The notes below the pieces were generated by a model. It was not told the DNA's origin, did not search any database, and saw only the letters and a list, made by a program, of their open reading frames with translations. 64,000 bases of DNA from Nageia nagi (taxonomy: Eukaryota; Plantae; Pinophyta), in NCBI GenBank assembly GCA_050084985.1, contig JBITNC010000001.1, positions 81,902,001 to 81,966,000 of the forward strand, in the 5' to 3' direction. Made by a program: the position numbers and the translations under genes. The stretch's first letter is position 1, and the number at the start of each line of letters is the position of its first letter. This document shows positions 12,771 through 27,531 of the stretch, piece by piece.

Positions 12771-13429
12771 ACCTTATGTGAATTTCAACAATGAATCAAA
12801 AGTAAGAATAATCTAATCTAAATTGAAAGCATGGTGATTAAAAGAAACATCAAAGGGATACAAAAAAAAATACATGTACTAATTTTTTGATGATTTTCAT
12901 AATTTGACTAGAATTAAAAGATGTAAAAAACTAAAATTTAACAATTAAAATTTGGAGATAGAGGCTAAATATAAAAATTTAATGACCTAATAAAACTTTA
13001 TTAAAATTTTATCATAAAAATCCCTCCATTTTTTATATGATGATGCATGATGCCCTTTAAAATTTCTTCTTCCAATTTTAGCTGTGGATTGCTTTTTAAT
13101 GATACTATCAATTTTTTTCTATAAATCTTTAAAACTTGATTCGACAACTTTATTATTTGAAAAAAGAGGATTAAATCTAATTTACAAGTTTATAAAACTA
13201 TCAAGAAACCTTTTGAACAAAATTTCATCACTTGTATAATTTTTCTTGATATGGAATGACCAAATTCACGAGTTGATCTTAGAACCAACAATGAGATATT
13301 AAGAAAAATGTAACCAACTTTGAATTTTGTAAAATTATTCTTAGAAGTCATGATGTGGTGTATGACATATGAGCATAAAATTATCTAAAAATATTAAAAA
13401 TGATCAAAATAAGTATGAAACAAGATTAG

Positions 13430-16400
13430 TATGCATATAACTTCTTGAGAAGCATCATATTAATAGGTTTCTTTTCTTCTTTCCAATAAATTGTGGCTAA
13501 TTTATATGCCTCCAAGCTATAGTTTTCAATGGCATAATATAAGAACCAATATAATTTTGCTCAAAATTACCTTTTTTAATTTACTTTATCTTGGACTAAA
13601 TTTTTTGAAGCATCAAATCACATACTTGAAACTCATTGGACGTGACCTTTTTATTGTATTTTATTTTTAACCTATTATGATAAATTCTAATATTTTCCAA
13701 TACATTTACAAGAAGAGATATTTAATTCAAATGGTAAAATGAATTCCACACTATACACAAGAGACAAAGGAGTAGCACTCATTTGGAATAATCATTAACA
13801 CCTAAATTATGCATAACAAAATCAATGTATAAATTATGTATATCATCATAAGAGCATGTAGAATTATCAACAAACTTAATAAGAATATTTTTGTATGTAT
13901 ATATTTTGTCTTAGTATAACCATACACCAATCTTGATTAATTTAGGATTCTTAATTATACCAATATTAATATCTATTATTTCTTTATAAAGAAAAATAAG
14001 TTCATCTCTTAGTTAAAGTGGCATATGTAATTATCCTAACGTTACTGCATAAACTTATCCATTTAGCTTACTCATTTCCCTCCATAACTAACTATTCTTA
14101 CTTCTATATATAATGAAATAGAAGGAAACAAAATTAGTGTAGTAGGGAGGAGCTCGTTATGTCTTCATGGTCTTTAAATTTAGGTCCAAAATAAGAAAAA
14201 TGACATAAGGTATATTCAATGGCTCTCTTTAATTATATTTTACTTTAGAAATTCAATTCTTGTACCCATGAACTCAAGGAGAGAATCATCATTCTTAAAA
14301 ATATCAATAGAAAATGGTTGAATTTAATTTGAAAAAAAATCTAAACCTTATAAAATATGACCAATCTTAACCATGCCAACAATATTAACTAATTCACTAA
14401 GAGACTCTCACCATCTTCTTATTGTGGAATGTAAGTATAATATCTTATGCCTTTCTATATATTTACTTATCCATATTTAATGAAAATGAAGGCACACCTT
14501 TCTCATTTTTGCCTAATCCAACTCCTCTATAATTGAATCTATTAATCAAATACATTATCATAAAATCAAAAGTGATATCCATTGCATTTAATTGACTATT
14601 TACTTATTCATTATGCATTTTCTTCGAAAATGGTTTGGGTAATACAAAAACTGCATGTGATCGATCTAATGCCAAAACCCAGCTTTACTCATTATATATA
14701 ACCTCTTTGATTTTTTTTTATAGAACCTTTTCACATAAACTAATGCTATATTGTATGACATCTCTATCTTAAACCATGAGGAAATGCATAAGATTTAACT
14801 AAGTTTTCAGTCTCCTATAGTCCTTGATGGATTAGGCTAATATGTTAGTATCATCAAATCTATATGTTTCTAAATTTATCTAAAAATCTAAACCCAAATT
14901 TATAGATTTTGTAAAACTAATTGATCATTGGGAAACAATGCAATTCCACTACATGGAACAATCATACCTCCAACCAAATTATATAATCCAAAGGGCTCAT
15001 CATTTTTATTTTATCTTATAAAAATTTCCTTTATGCTCAATTGTAAAGAGTCTATGAATCATTGAAGGAATTTTATCCCCTCATATATATCCAAGACCTT
15101 CCAAGTAACAAATTATAATGTAGCTCTCTTTCCATTAGCATGAAAAGTATTCTCCTTTCATTGATTTGAAAAATGAAATCATTACATACATATAGGTTTT
15201 GGAAAAACCTAGAAATAGACTGTGTTAAATATAAAATCAAGTTACATGATCACAACTTGTTACAATCCAATGAAAAAGGAAACTAATACATTCTAAATCT
15301 ACCCTATCATACTAGGATATAATTGGGTAAAACATTAGCCCAAAATAGCAACATCTAGACTAAAATTGGAGACAAAAATGTAGTCCTGCGCATGCCAAAA
15401 TTATTCCATCATGCTTTATTTTTATGCACAATGCACATGGTACATAGGAAGCTAGGTACAATGTGCTTAGGGCTGGCCACGATGTGTCTAGGGCTAGGTA
15501 TGATGTGCCTAGTATGCAAAATACTGAGAACTTAGTACATTGGATAGTTTATCAGAAAATGCCTATTATGATGGTCAATAACAAAGGTAGGCATGAATAT
15601 ACTCATTGGAAAGGAATATTTGAGCACTATCCAATGCAAAAATAATTTTCTCAAATGGATATATCCATAAAAAGTTATATCTTCTCAAAATTGATTGATC
15701 TATTTTTGCAAGTCTAGTTGATCTTCAATTGGTTTGATATTTAACTTGAATGGTGTTCGATTGAGCTCTAATTCCAACATTCTCCCCCTTGATGTATAAG
15801 AAAATTTTCTAGTAGTCTATAAGCATAAACAATTAGAAGAAACTTAATCTCTTTTACTTCCTCCAATATTTCAACAAGAAATCAAAGAACACAAAATATT
15901 CACATTGGCACTCTTCCCACCTTTGGTGTGGAATCTCCTCCATCTCTGATGCTGTTCCTTATTGCAAATAACTGAGTGCCTTATTTTGATGAGAAAATCC
16001 CCCTTCATTAAAAACTTCTTGTATTGATATTCCATCAATGTCAATGATAATTATTCTCAACAACCATTCTTGCTCATCTTTTCTCACATTTGCAACTTCA
16101 CACATAAAATCACTTAATTTTATATAATGTATATTCATGTAATGAATATCCTTTATATATGCTTCAACATATTCTTGGTTTCCATTATTTGAGTCCAAGT
16201 GATCTAATCTCTGCTCCATTTTCTTCTCCCAAGGAAGACTCTTTAGCAATTTTGTCTCCATGAGACAATCTTCAAGTAATGTATTGATAAGACATACACC
16301 ATCTTCTTCATGCATAATATCCTTATAGCTAACCTTCAAATATATACTAAATAAATAATCAATGTTAATATTAGTCAATAAAATATAAAATAAGAAATCA

Positions 16401-19400
16401 TCACCTTCAATGATGCTTTATTGAGTAGGATCCTATGTTGCTCTTGAAGAAACCATCTCTTCAAACATAGTAAGGAACTCCTATGGTTCCTCTTTACACA
16501 ATGTTGTATATTTTAGAAAACTTTTTGTTTTCACTCCATGTGAGTGATATACATCCATAATTTCCTCTTCAATTTAATTCTTAATCTCCTTTTATGATTC
16601 CTCCATTACACCATGAAGTCCATGAGTGACTATCTCACTATGTGCTATCTCCCGCTTGAAATAGTCTTCTTCATACAAAATAGTCTTCACTTTTTATGAG
16701 TGATATTATTCTCTAACAATTGATTCCTTTATAGTCATGATAACTTGAAATTCACCAACCTTGGTTATATATTCATTCTCTATATCATTTGATATTGCAT
16801 CTTTCTCCTCCCAAATGAGACAATATCTTGTGCTCTTCTCTTCACACAACAAATCCTTCACTCTTGATGAGTGAGATTCTTCATTGAGCATGAAAATTAT
16901 AGTATTAATCTCCTCTTAATCTATGATATATCTTGGATTATTATCCCATATTTTTCTCTAAGAAAATCATCATTCACTCCTAATGAGTGAGTTTCATAAT
17001 ATGCATCCACCCAATGTGAATGGTATTCAAGGAAGAAATACTCCATCATAAGGGTTTCTCCTCCTCTTTCAATTTTCTACCCCTTTAGAGGAACTCTAAC
17101 ATATAGGTAATTAGCTCCCAAATATTCATCCATTATCTTTACAATAAGATAATATTTCAATCCAAATGAGTGAGCTCTCAAATATGGTTTGTTACAATAT
17201 ATCATTCCATATGAATGATCTTCCACTTCATCTAAGTGAGTTGCAACTAAAAAGTAACACTCCTCTATGAGTGTATTTTCTTCTTCTTACAATTGTATTT
17301 TACAAAAAACTTCATCTACTATTTCCTTTCACCAAAGCAATCTTCAAATCAATATAAGCAATCCAATCATTGTGAAATATTAGCTCTTTATTCACCTCCA
17401 TGAGAATTTATGTAGATTCATCGTATAAATCTCCTTCAAATTTTGGGTGAGATGGCCCCTCCATGAGACAAACTCCATAATAAAATTTTTTATCTTCTCC
17501 CTCCTCCATGAGATAATTTTCATCCACCTCATCTTGGTGGTCTTCATCCACTTTGGAGTGATCTTCAAACAAATAATCATTCTCATATAATGAAGCTTCA
17601 ATACCAGTGAGATATTCATTAGCCACCTCATCTTGGTGGTGTTCAACTTGGAAAAACCAACCTTCTTCCATGAAGTACTCTTTAATAAATGGTTGAGATG
17701 ATATCTCCTCCTCTACAAGTTAAAGGTGTATCTCTATAATGAGATGTTCATTCTCCTTATGGGAAATATGAATGCTTTCTAAGCATGTCATTCCTACAAT
17801 AGATTTATCAACATAAATTTTATTTTCATCATATTATCAATATAAAAGAAATAATTCATAATTAATTCCTTTATCATAAGACATACCTCCAACAATGAGG
17901 TTTTCATAATAAGCTTCACCTTCTCCTCTCTTCTCTACATGAAGAAGTTCCTCCACATGAATCTCCTCCATGAAAGTTGCACAAGGCCTCACACTACGAT
18001 ATTTAACATCCTCCTCTTCAAGAAAGCATTCTAAATCACCATGCATGCATTCATAAGACATATATTCAATAAAAATAACCATACAAGGCTTGCAAGTCTC
18101 TCAATAAGAGTCTCCATAGGAATCTCCAATTGGATCTTTAAGGGAATAGGCTCATGTATTTGCTCAAAAAATCTCCATGAGTATTCTTGTCACACCTATA
18201 AGTATATTGTATTATCTTCCATGAACTTGTATCTATTACACAACTTGTAATGAGTGGAAAAATACCTTTTTTAATACCTCTTCTTAAATCCACATGATCT
18301 AATCAATTTTGATATTTCTCCTCTATTTTCAACCTCCTCTCTTCTTTGCCAAGCATGCTCCATGTGAGGGGTTCTTCATAGTTTCCTTCTACAATGATCC
18401 AAATATATTTGGCCATTAATAAAATATTCATTATTATAATCTACTAAGCATAATATTCACCATAAAATTTTGGGGCCTCTATGCCCTCAAACATGGTGGA
18501 CATCCAACAATCTTCCATTGTGATGGACTCTGAACTAGAGCAACTCATTCACATTTACAAAAAACTAAGAGTATTATTGTTGGTATAAATTACACTCTAA
18601 ATAAATTTAGAAAAAATTTGGATCACATTATATGAAATAATTTCATAAATTATTGTAATTGCACCCGCTAACTCTAACCCTATAGATCCTCCTAAAGCTC
18701 TGATACCACAATGAGAAGTATTCTACTTTCATTGATCTGAAAAATGAAATCATTACATACATATAGGTTTTGGAAAAATATAGAAATATATTGTGCTAAA
18801 CATAAAATCAAGTTACATGATCATAAATTGTTACAATCCAATGCAAAAATAAACTAATACATGCTAAATCTACCCTATCATTAGGTGAAACATTAGCCCA
18901 AAATAGTAATATCTAGACTAAAATTGAAGATTTAAAATCTATTCTTATGCATACCAAAATTAGCTTGTGCATGCCAAAATTATCCCATCATACTCTATTT
19001 TTATGCTCGGTGCACTTGGTACATAGGAAGCTAGGTGCAATGTGCTTGGGGCTAAGCACAACACACTTGGTATGCATAATACTGAGAACTCAATGTACTA
19101 GATAGTTTGTTGAAAAATGCCCAATATGATGGTAAAAACTTCAACAAAGGTAAGTATACATATAATATTTGGAAATGTATCTTTAAGTACTACACAATGA
19201 ATAAATAATCAATTCAATTGGATATCTCCATAAAAAGTTATACCTTCTCAAATTTGATTGATCTATTTTTGCAAGTCTAGTTAATCTTTAATTGGTTTTA
19301 TCTTCAACTTGAACGATCTTCAATTGAGCTCTAATTCCAACATAGCATTTGGTGTTAACTATTTTGAAACCTAGATAAATTAGAAAATGAATCATACATA

Positions 19401-20640
19401 TATATTAGTTATTTTAAATGTTATAAAAACCTTTTATCTTCATAGTTGACTTAGTCATAGGAGATAAATCTTTATTTTGAAAATTTTATAAAAATGAAGT
19501 AAAGCAAATATTTAAAATTGATCTTTGTATCAACCAAATATCTTTTGATATTTTTACAACATAATTCATCTTTATTTAGAGTTCCAAAATTTATCTTTGT
19601 ATCAACCAAAACTTTCGTATTCTTTAATTATTGTATCATATTATAAGCCCTATGATATTTTGGAATTTATGTCCTTTTACCTATTCTAGTATGAGCACAT
19701 AGATCTTTATTGATGAGTATATTAATTGAATTATTTTATTGGTTTATTTTATTTACCTCTTCTTTAGGATATTCAATTTTTCCAATTTTTATTAATTGAA
19801 GTAGAGCCTTGCTTAATGTAACATAACCATTGATCCTATGAACTATAACTTGGTGATATAAGAAATAAGCATTACAATCATTTTATCCTAATTCTTGTTG
19901 TGGTTTAGGACTTATCAAATTCTTTAAAGATATTTCTTTGAACATTTAAATTGGTGGTAATGTGATCCTTAAACTATCATGCTTTTTATTTACTTGGTTT
20001 GGTTGGCTAATAGTTTTAAGCAAATTGACTTGTTTATCCTCTTTTTTAGTTAGATATGAGTTCTTGGTTTATTTTGATGGATTGCTATATTTGAATGTAT
20101 CATTATCCATCATGTATTTATATTTATTCAATAATTTATATGTCATATCTATAAATGTAAATTTAATAAATCCTATTATGTGGTACTTCAAAAGAGGAAG
20201 AATATTATTCAAGAAAATTAAATTAATGTAACATTTTTCAAGGGACCAATCAATGGATGCCCATACTTTTTGAAACCTTGTGAGAGACTTATCTAATGTT
20301 TATTAAAACCTTCTTTTATGGCCATCAAATCTATTAGGCTAATTAGGTTTTGAATATTATACTTAAATTGAATTGAACAAATTCATGGACAACTTATATG
20401 AAGTAATAAAATCTAATAGAATAAAATAATACCATTTTAGGGCATCACCTTTCAAACTTATTGGGAAATACTTCTCTGTAAGATTTTCAGTCACTCTAAT
20501 AGTGAGCTTGAATTTGTATTCAAATTCTTGTATATATGTCATTGTATCTTCTTCTCCATCAAACATATCAAAACTAGGGCCATTAATTATGATGCTATGG
20601 GATTATTGTGCTTCTAATCTCATTAGAAAGAAGGTTCCTC
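13430..20640 (-). mobile_element. Decayed Tat-like Ty3/gypsy internal region (gag, protease, G-patch-like segment, integrase C-terminus), host of the 15141-19342 insertion
   Basis: Gag KYFPISLKGDALKWYY (20363-20566). Protease end YNLLLGRSWI near 15090-15120. Integrase tail LENIRIYHNRLKIKYNKKV..FQVCDLML..KGNFEQNYIGSY..PINMMLLKK (13430-13700). No RT recognisable. Confidence 0.75.
15141..19342 (-). mobile_element. Non-autonomous copia-derived LTR element (truncated gag plus acidic region, no pol domains)
   Basis: LTRs 15141-15779 and 18712-19342 (TG..CA). Perfect TSD tagca. PBS gctctgatacca at 18697-18708. PPT ttctccccct at 15780-15789. Gag N-terminus relic at about 18190-18517. Confidence 0.93.
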
Positions 20641-20838
20641 TTTTCATTATATTCAATATTCTTATCCTTATTGATAATTCCTTCAAGATTTTGAATCTTT
20701 TTAGTAAAATCATAAAAAAATGGATTTAGAATAAATGGTTATGCAAAATTAATTATGATAAATAATATAATTTTAAAAGCATTAGTGTTATATGAAAAAG
20801 TATAACCGACAAGCATATAGAATATATTTGATACCAAA

Positions 20839-21543
20839 TGATCAAAACATCATTGTAATCTCATTTAACATCGAAATTTTGCATCAATGTTATTGTTTAT
20901 ATGTTACAATGCTTGAAGGTATTTTTGTAAGATGGAATATAGTCTTTTTCTTATTCAATAATATGCTTTCCAAGTCCATGATATCTTTTTCTTTAGCTTC
21001 ACATGTACTACAAAATCAAATAAGAATACCTACACACATGCTAAAATACAAGTACATTAAACATACCTATTTATAAATAATGTAAACAACATATAAAATT
21101 AATAAAAAACTTGTAACTAACATAAAGCGTATAGTTAAAAGAGTGATAAAAGAGTATTTCACAAAAATCAGACCCAATAATTTAGAATGATATTGAGGAA
21201 ACCTTTTGGTATAAAAATAGCTTAGGAGGAAATGAGGGGAGAGATGCCTTATTTATAGTTTTTTGGGTAAGGTTTAAGGTTTATATGATTTAAAAAATTG
21301 GCAATATAGTTAGTAAGTTCGTAGCTTAGGTGATTCTAATTTGATGCTCTAGATTTGGGGCTTTTCTTAGTTATTGGAGTTGTTAGATAACTCCTAATAA
21401 CTTTCTACTTTTTTAAGTTGAATGTTAGGGAGTTTCACATGCTTGAAACAAGATGCATCCATTTGGAATGAATCTCAAATATTTGTAAATAAACATGCAT
21501 GATTAGGCATTTATAATAAAGGTGCTTATTTTAGGTATCTACA
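20839..21543 (-). mobile_element. LTR (~705 bp)
   Basis: TG..CA ends. PBS-like ttgatacca at 20828-20836 on the left. Minus-strand ctataaataagg near 21250. PPT-like ttttccccctttt on the right. Confidence 0.55.
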
Positions 21544-22397
21544 TTTTCCCCCTTTTTGGGCTATTCTCCAACGTACAAGGAGGATAATTAAAAAACCTTT
21601 AGAGATTATTATTGATAATTATGTGGGTTATTGGGCATAAGAATTTTTTTTCATAAATTTTCCAAGGATATAATCGATTTATCATAGGTCATGGGCAATT
21701 ACAATTTCTCTAATCATGACTAAGATATAACTTTTAACTTTTACATTGACATTTTAAGATCATTTGAGATCAATTTTAAGAAGATTAATCTATAAATGAT
21801 GTTAATTATGGATAAGTGATCCATGGGATATTGTGGTTACATACATATGGTATGATTTAATTTTGTAAAATAAACAAATATTTTATTAGAATGATTCTAC
21901 TTTTTACCCAATAGGATAGGGCTAATGATAATCTTTTGCAAAGGCTATAAACTATACAATTTTCATAGTTGGAAGTTGTTTGAATGAATATGACTTGATA
22001 AAAAAATAAGTGTATTCCCCCTCAATAGTTGAGATGATGAGTAGTGATGAAGGTGATGAATATGAGTGATAAGTAAAATCATTGGTATCTATTATATTAG
22101 AGGGCAATTTTCTAGTACTAGTATCTACCAATGTATTAGCTAATGTATCAAGATTGGTTTCTATTAGAGTAGTGATCTATTAATTGATATTGGTATTTAC
22201 AAAGGCAATAGTAAATATTTTAAAATCAATATTACTAATGTAGTGACCAATATATCAACACCAATGTCTACGAAGGTAGTGGAAAATGTTTGAAGAGTGG
22301 TATCTACTAGAATAATTACCTTACAATTATAGGATACACATTTAGACTTAGATATATATATTAAAATGTGTATGACTCATACAATTATATATCTAAG

Positions 22398-22398
<1 letters not shown>

Positions 22399-22478
<80 letters not shown>
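22399..22478. repeat. Compound microsatellite (CA)33(TA)7
   Basis: Direct reading. Confidence 0.97.
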
Positions 22479-22486
22479 CACTAGTG

Positions 22487-25400
22487 ATATTGATGGAAAA
22501 TACTACAATTATATGATACCATATAGAATCCTCTCCTTGATAAAATGTTCTTGGATTTAAACATGTTTTATTCTCTAATGGCAAATAGGGTTCTTTGCCA
22601 AAAAAATAGCCAATTGACTATTGAAGAAGTTTGAGATGGGTGAACTTGCTCATATCCAATTTCTTTCAAAAGATTCTTCAACCAAATAGCTTCTTGGGTT
22701 ACGATTGACATAGCTCGATATTATGCCTTTGTGATGGAGAGAGTAGTAGTAGGTTGCTTCTTGGAAGCCCAATAGATAACATCTAAATGAATGCTAAACA
22801 CATAAGCAGAGGTTGATTTCCTATCATATCTATCTCCTCCATAGTCAAAAATTGAATACCTTAAGAGAATAAATGAGGTAAACTTGAAATGCTTGAGATT
22901 AAGATCCTTCATTCTCGTAACATACCTCAAGATTTTCTTAATAATATTGAGGTTCTCAATATATGAACTTTCATAAACAATGCCATAAATTTTATTTCAA
23001 AGGTAATATCTAACCTATAGATAATCAAATAAAGAATATTTCCAATCAGTTTTTTGCAAGATGTAGCATCTGCCAACTGAGGGTTGGAGCTAAAAGTTAG
23101 AGTGATTCTAAGAGATACTAAGATCATAGCTAATTTTCACTCCTCCATTCTAAATGTTTACAATATATTTGAGATATACTTAGATTGACTAAGGTATGTA
23201 TAATCCTTGTATTAGTACACTTGCATGCCAAGGTAGTAGTGCAAGAGACCAATATTAGTCATTTAAAATATTGCTTTAAGTTTGGATACACACTCTTGGA
23301 TAGTTTTTTTTTTTATTTCCTATCATCAAAAGATCATTTATATAGAGTAGAATCAAGACTAAGTTTTACATCTGATTGAGCACACATAGATATAAATCAA
23401 AGAAGCAATTAGAGAGCCCAATGTTTGCAAAGTATATTGAATCTTTTCATACCAAGCTTTGGGTGCTTACTTAAGTCCATACAAGGACTTGTTTAGCTCA
23501 CACACAAAGGGCTCTTTTCCTTCCATAAAAAATCCTTCTAGTTGATTCATGTAGATCTATACATTTAAGTCATTGTTGAGAAAAGCACTTTTGACATCAA
23601 GTTGATAAACTTTTCATTCATAAGCTTTTGAAAGAGTAAGGATTAACCTAATTATGGCCATATTTACCACTATAGCAAAGGTTTCCTCATAATCAACTTC
23701 GTATTTCTAAGCAAAATATATGAAGACTAACCTTACCTTGTCTTTTTATATTTTCCTAACTTAATTTTATTTGACCTTATAAATCCACTTATTTTCAATC
23801 ACAATCCAACTCCTACATTTAATTTTTCATCAGATCCTCATACTCCACTTTAATGGATTCCATATAACATTCATGCTTCAAATCTTCCTTGAATTATAAG
23901 GGATCATTCTTGCTATCAATTTTGGAAAAAAATGATTTTTTTAGGTCGTAATTCTTGTTATTATTTGTGTTGGAGAATGTTTCTCCTAAGGTGACTTATC
24001 TACACTAATATCCATCTAGTTAGGTGTAACAAAAGAGCCATCAAGATAATCCAGGTCCTCACAAGGAGTAGATTCCTTAAGAGTTTCATTAAAATTTATA
24101 TGTTTCATGATGAACATTACATTGGAGGAAGGATAGTAGATCTTATAGCCTTTATGTTGACTATCATAGCCCATAAATATGCACTTTTTGGATCTCTTAT
24201 CCAACTTCTTTCTTTTCTTAGAAATAATGAAGGAATAGGAATCATAAATAAAAACCCTAAGGTGAGAGTTGTTAGATTTCTTTTTCGTGCATGCCTCATG
24301 CAAGGTTTTTCCTTCAATTTCTTTCATAGGGAACCTATTTAAGGTGTAGATCATAGTGCTCATAACTTCACCCCATAAGAAACTAGGGAGATTTCCCAAC
24401 ATACACCTAGCCATTTTTTAAATGGTTTTGTTCCTTCATTCAGTAACACGATTTTACTAAGGTGTGTAAGGGATCATGAATTACCTCTTGATATTGAATT
24501 TAACACAATAGTAATTGAACTCATTACTATTATATTCACCCCTATTATCAAATTTCAACATCTTGATTTTAAATTCAAACTAATTTTCAACTAAGGCTTT
24601 GAAATCTTTTAACATGTCAAAGATTTGATCTTTGTGCTCAAGTAAATAACCAAATGCCATCCTACTGAAGTCATAAATTAAGGTTAAAATATAATATGCT
24701 ATCCCAAGATACTTAATTTGAAATAGACCCATTAAATCTGAATGCCCAAGTTGAAGAGATTATGTTGTCCTTATTGCCTTATATTTCTTAATTTTTTCCT
24801 ATTCATATTGCCTAAGATGTACTTATCACAAAGACCAATTATGGGTGATATAGAAGGAAACATTTTTACAAGTTCTTAATGTTTCATTACTTGAATGCTT
24901 TTGTGGTTAAAGTATCCTAATTGATAGTGCTAAATATTTCCTTTGGAGCAAACATTCGTAGCAAGGTACATATATGTTGGCACTTGATCCATAATGTAGA
25001 GATCATCTTTCACTAATCCTTTCACCAAAGTGGAAAGGTCCTTCTTAATGCATGAAGAGTATGAGTTGAAATAAAATGATTATCCATTCCTTGCAACTTG
25101 AATTATGGAAAGAAGGTTAATGCTAAATTTAGACACATAGATCATATTTTCAAGAACCTTTTCTTGTAACAACACACTCCCAATACCTTGGACTTCAAGG
25201 ATTGAATTATCACCCATCACAACGACATCCTTTCTATACTTATAAAAACTTTCAAACCTATTATTTCTATACTTATAAAAACTTTCAAACCTATCATTTT
25301 CAAAATACATGTGATTTGTACACCCAAATTCAATAATCTAATACTTTGAGAAAGTGTGAGACTTGGAGTAAAGACCATAAATAAAAGCAATTTTATTATT

Positions 25401-26283
25401 CTTTTTTCCTTTGAATTTGTTTGATTTTTTAGTTCCTTTACGACATTGTTATTTATTTTTTTTATAGCAGTCTGATTCTTTATGACCATCGATGCCACAA
25501 AAATTTAATTACCATCAAATTTGGTTTTGGATTTGGATTTGCTAGACTTATTATAGTTGTTCTACTATTTGTTTCCACCTTTCTTGAAATCATTTTTCTA
25601 AGCATGGAAATATTTCTTTTGGTTTTTGAACTTCTTTTTAAAGTGAATCTTCATTGGTCCTAGTTCCACAAAATGCTCCTTAGGAGTGGAGATCAACAAC
25701 TTTTTGTTAAGAATTTCCTTGTGTTTTAGGAGAAGACTTGAAATATTTTCTAAGGAGTACACTTCTTCATCATCATCAAGCCCCATATAAATGGTTGTCA
25801 CAAAGTGACTGAATTTAGTAGATAGGATTTGAAGGATGATGAACACCATAAAATTGTTATTGATCTAGTTGCAGCCACATCCCATACATTGGGTCATAAG
25901 ATCAATAATCTTATTCAAGTATATTACAATAGTTTTATTTTTCTCTTGACATGATTGCAATAATATTTTGAGAATGGTGAAACTCTTAGAGAATTTAGTG
26001 CTAAGGTATATTTTCTTCAGCTTGTACCAAGGTTCCTTTGCAAAGTTTAAAGAAGAGATCATGAGAAGGACTTTGTTTGAAATTACACAAAATATCATAG
26101 AGGTTTCCATCTCATTCTTTGTGTTGTAAGCCTAAAGTACCTTCTCATTTGTTAGAGAAACTTGATTTTCATTTAGCATTTTCCATAGTTTCCATGGTTG
26201 GAGATCAAATTTTATCCTAGGTTCCCAAATGTAGTAGTTGGATCTGTCTAGAATGTGTTTAGATGAAAAAGAGCCTTCTATTT
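22487..26283 (-). mobile_element. Decayed Ty1/copia gag-pol, 3'-truncated at the microsatellite
   Basis: Gag start near 26283 (ILDRSNYYIW). INT MARCMLGNLPSFLWGE..KKLDKRSKKCIFMGY. RT QLDVKSAFLN. RH YWASKKQPTTTLSITKA and AKNPICH*RIKH. Its leader continues past the LINE to the PBS and LTR at 35.1 kb. Confidence 0.9.
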
Positions 26284-27531
26284 GTTACAAAAGAAGGTGA
26301 AATTTTTAACTAATGTAAGAATGTTAACTTTGTGAATTAAAATTAATCAACCACACATGTTGAGTTTATTCAAATTAATCATACATGTTGAATTTTAACC
26401 AAAGATAATCAATAAGGTATGACTAAATTGTTAACAAATTTCACATGTACAAAAATTTTTCAATCTCATCAAATCATATGTCCCATACATCCAATAGTTT
26501 TTCATAACTAGGTAATATTTGGTAATGAGAGGGTAGAGTTGGGGTTGTTTTCTTATTTAAAATTAGACCTTCACCTAGATGCCCATATGCAACACTTGAT
26601 GATGACATACTAGCTGTGATAGAGCCCAATCTTACCAATCCTCAACTAGTTCTCCTATGGTTAAGAATATACTCTTATAAGGACAAGTATTATCTATTTT
26701 TCAAGGGTGTAATGCATATTAGATCCACCAAAGTTGATCTTGATTAGGTTTCAAGTTATTCTCCTAGGTTATTAGGATAATCTCTGAATGGACATGTGGT
26801 ATCACTACACACATGCCTACCCACCTATATGGAGTTATGTCTAAACCAACATAAGACTTAGGGGTAATTAAGAAGTACATACTTTACACCATTTGGATCG
26901 ATGTAATAAAGGCTCCAGTCTTCCTTATTATCCCCTTATAGCTCTGTAAATAAGTCATGTTGCAAAATAAAATGTGTGGATGTATTCATTTTAGGGCATG
27001 CACTTTTAATATTTGCAATTTTATTTTGCAAAAAATAAAATTAAAGTTCTTAACATAAAGTGCATGAAAAAGAATGTTACATCATTCTATTTGAAACCTA
27101 AGAGTGTCAAATAGGTTCTATCAAAATTCTAAGAGGACCTCTTTACAAAACAACACATGAGTTCATTATTTTTAAGTAACAACAACAATTTTTACCATGG
27201 CATTTAAAAGAATGCTCCCCTCCTTCAAGATTAAAAAAGTCCTTAGGAAAAAAAAATCCCCCATTACTATTTTACCTTAGAGAATTAAAAGTTTCTTTTA
27301 ACATTAAGGGAGAGAGAGAGAAAAAAATAGCTCCCCCTTTTAACATAAAAAATTACCTCTCCCACTTTTATCATAGAAAAAAATTCCTTAGGTTTAATTT
27401 CCTATCCCCCATTTTTAATAAAGAAGATTTGAAAAATCCCCCTCTTTTTATCAAAAAAGGTAAAAAAAGCATGCTTAAAAAATTAAAGGTGAGAATTTGT
27501 TTTTAAGTTTTACAAACTTCATGATAAATAT

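Noticed and set aside
22479-22486. cactagtg as a CACTA or Helitron terminus truncating the copia
   Set aside because: No partner terminus, TSD or subterminal hairpin found.
22366-22584. His-Thr and Cys-Val repeat ORFs
   Set aside because: Translation of the (CA)n microsatellite.
25230-25300. 33-bp duplication giving FESFYKYRNNRFESFYKYR
   Set aside because: Simple local slippage in a dead copia protease region.
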